From a virus: a stretch of DNA of 64,000 nucleotides. Position 1 is the stretch's first letter. Each line of letters starts with the position of its first letter. Below the pieces are notes generated by a model that did not search any database, was not told the DNA's origin, and saw only the letters and a list, made by a program, of their open reading frames with translations. The stretch lies in IMG/VR virus record IMGVR_UViG_3300029092_000103; one strand, 5' to 3'. Position numbers and translations under genes: made by a program. Below are positions 63,883 to 64,000 of this stretch, piece by piece.

Positions 63883-64000
63883 TTATTTTTTGCTATTTCC
63901 CACCCGCATCTTGAAATCCTCATACCCGAACTTTACAAGCTCGCGGCAGGTGCCGGCGGCGTCCATCGCCCAGATGGGCGGGAGGGGCATGCCGTTGAAG
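63883..64000 (-). CDS. 3' end of a minus-strand gene, probably host (...PIWAMDAAGTCRELVKFGYEDFKMRVGNSKK*)
   Basis: Open minus-strand frame runs to the window edge. Stop TAA (reverse complement) at 63883-63885. Confidence 0.4.
   Translation of the reverse strand, partial: FNGMPLPPIWAMDAAGTCRELVKFGYEDFKMRVGNSKK

Overview
Nearly the whole window (1 to about 63.2 kb) is one temperate siphovirus-type prophage, with an HK97-like head module and a 1,664-aa tape measure. Codon usage and GC point to a high-GC Firmicutes/Clostridia-like host. The right edge (about 63.9-64.0 kb, minus strand) is probably host. All gene calls are based on motifs I can read in the translations. No searches were run.

Gene order, left to right:
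- Replication: family-A DNA polymerase with 3'-5' exonuclease, BRO-N/KilA-C antirepressor, VirE-type primase/helicase, a purine-rich ori-like gap, VRR-NUC nuclease, SNF2 helicase.
- Regulation and accessory: an ArpU/RinA-like late regulator, an orphan MazF/EndoA-type toxin preceded by tandem peptide-encoding repeats, a phage-encoded SAM synthetase (MetK), an HNH endonuclease, and two proteins built from Zn-ribbon repeats.
- Methylation: three DNA methyltransferases (ParB-N::MTase fusion, a beta-class N6A/N4C MTase, and a 798-aa C5-cytosine MTase with a very long variable region).
- An acidic protein, a GGCT-like/DUF4314/DUF3846 trio, and then an array of small ORFan genes each sitting behind a near-identical sigma70-type promoter (TTG[C/A]TA-N17-TAAtAT, at least 7 forward copies plus one facing antisense).
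- Packaging and head: TerS (P27 family), TerL, an LL-H holin-like protein, portal, ClpP-like prohead protease, HK97 major capsid, connector and head-closure proteins.
- Tail: major tail protein, an SPFH/band-7 moron flanked by duplicated terminator repeats, a tail chaperone with a -1 frameshift, an antisense DUF3791/DUF3990 cassette, tape measure, Dit, Tal, BppU, and a 1,065-aa receptor-binding protein (RBP) with a C-terminal SGNH/GDSL domain.
- Lysis: holin, a LysM/cell-wall-binding protein, and an amidase plus glucosaminidase endolysin.
- Integration end: three large serine recombinases. An AT-richer insert sits between the second and third, carrying an AbiL-like AAA ATPase plus an RloB/DUF4276-like gene interrupted by an in-frame TGA, an XRE repressor with paired operator palindromes, an AAA_25 RepA-like ATPase, two free-standing paralogs of the third recombinase's C-terminal domain, and a cluster of palindromic iterons.

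No rRNA, tRNA or CRISPR array was seen.
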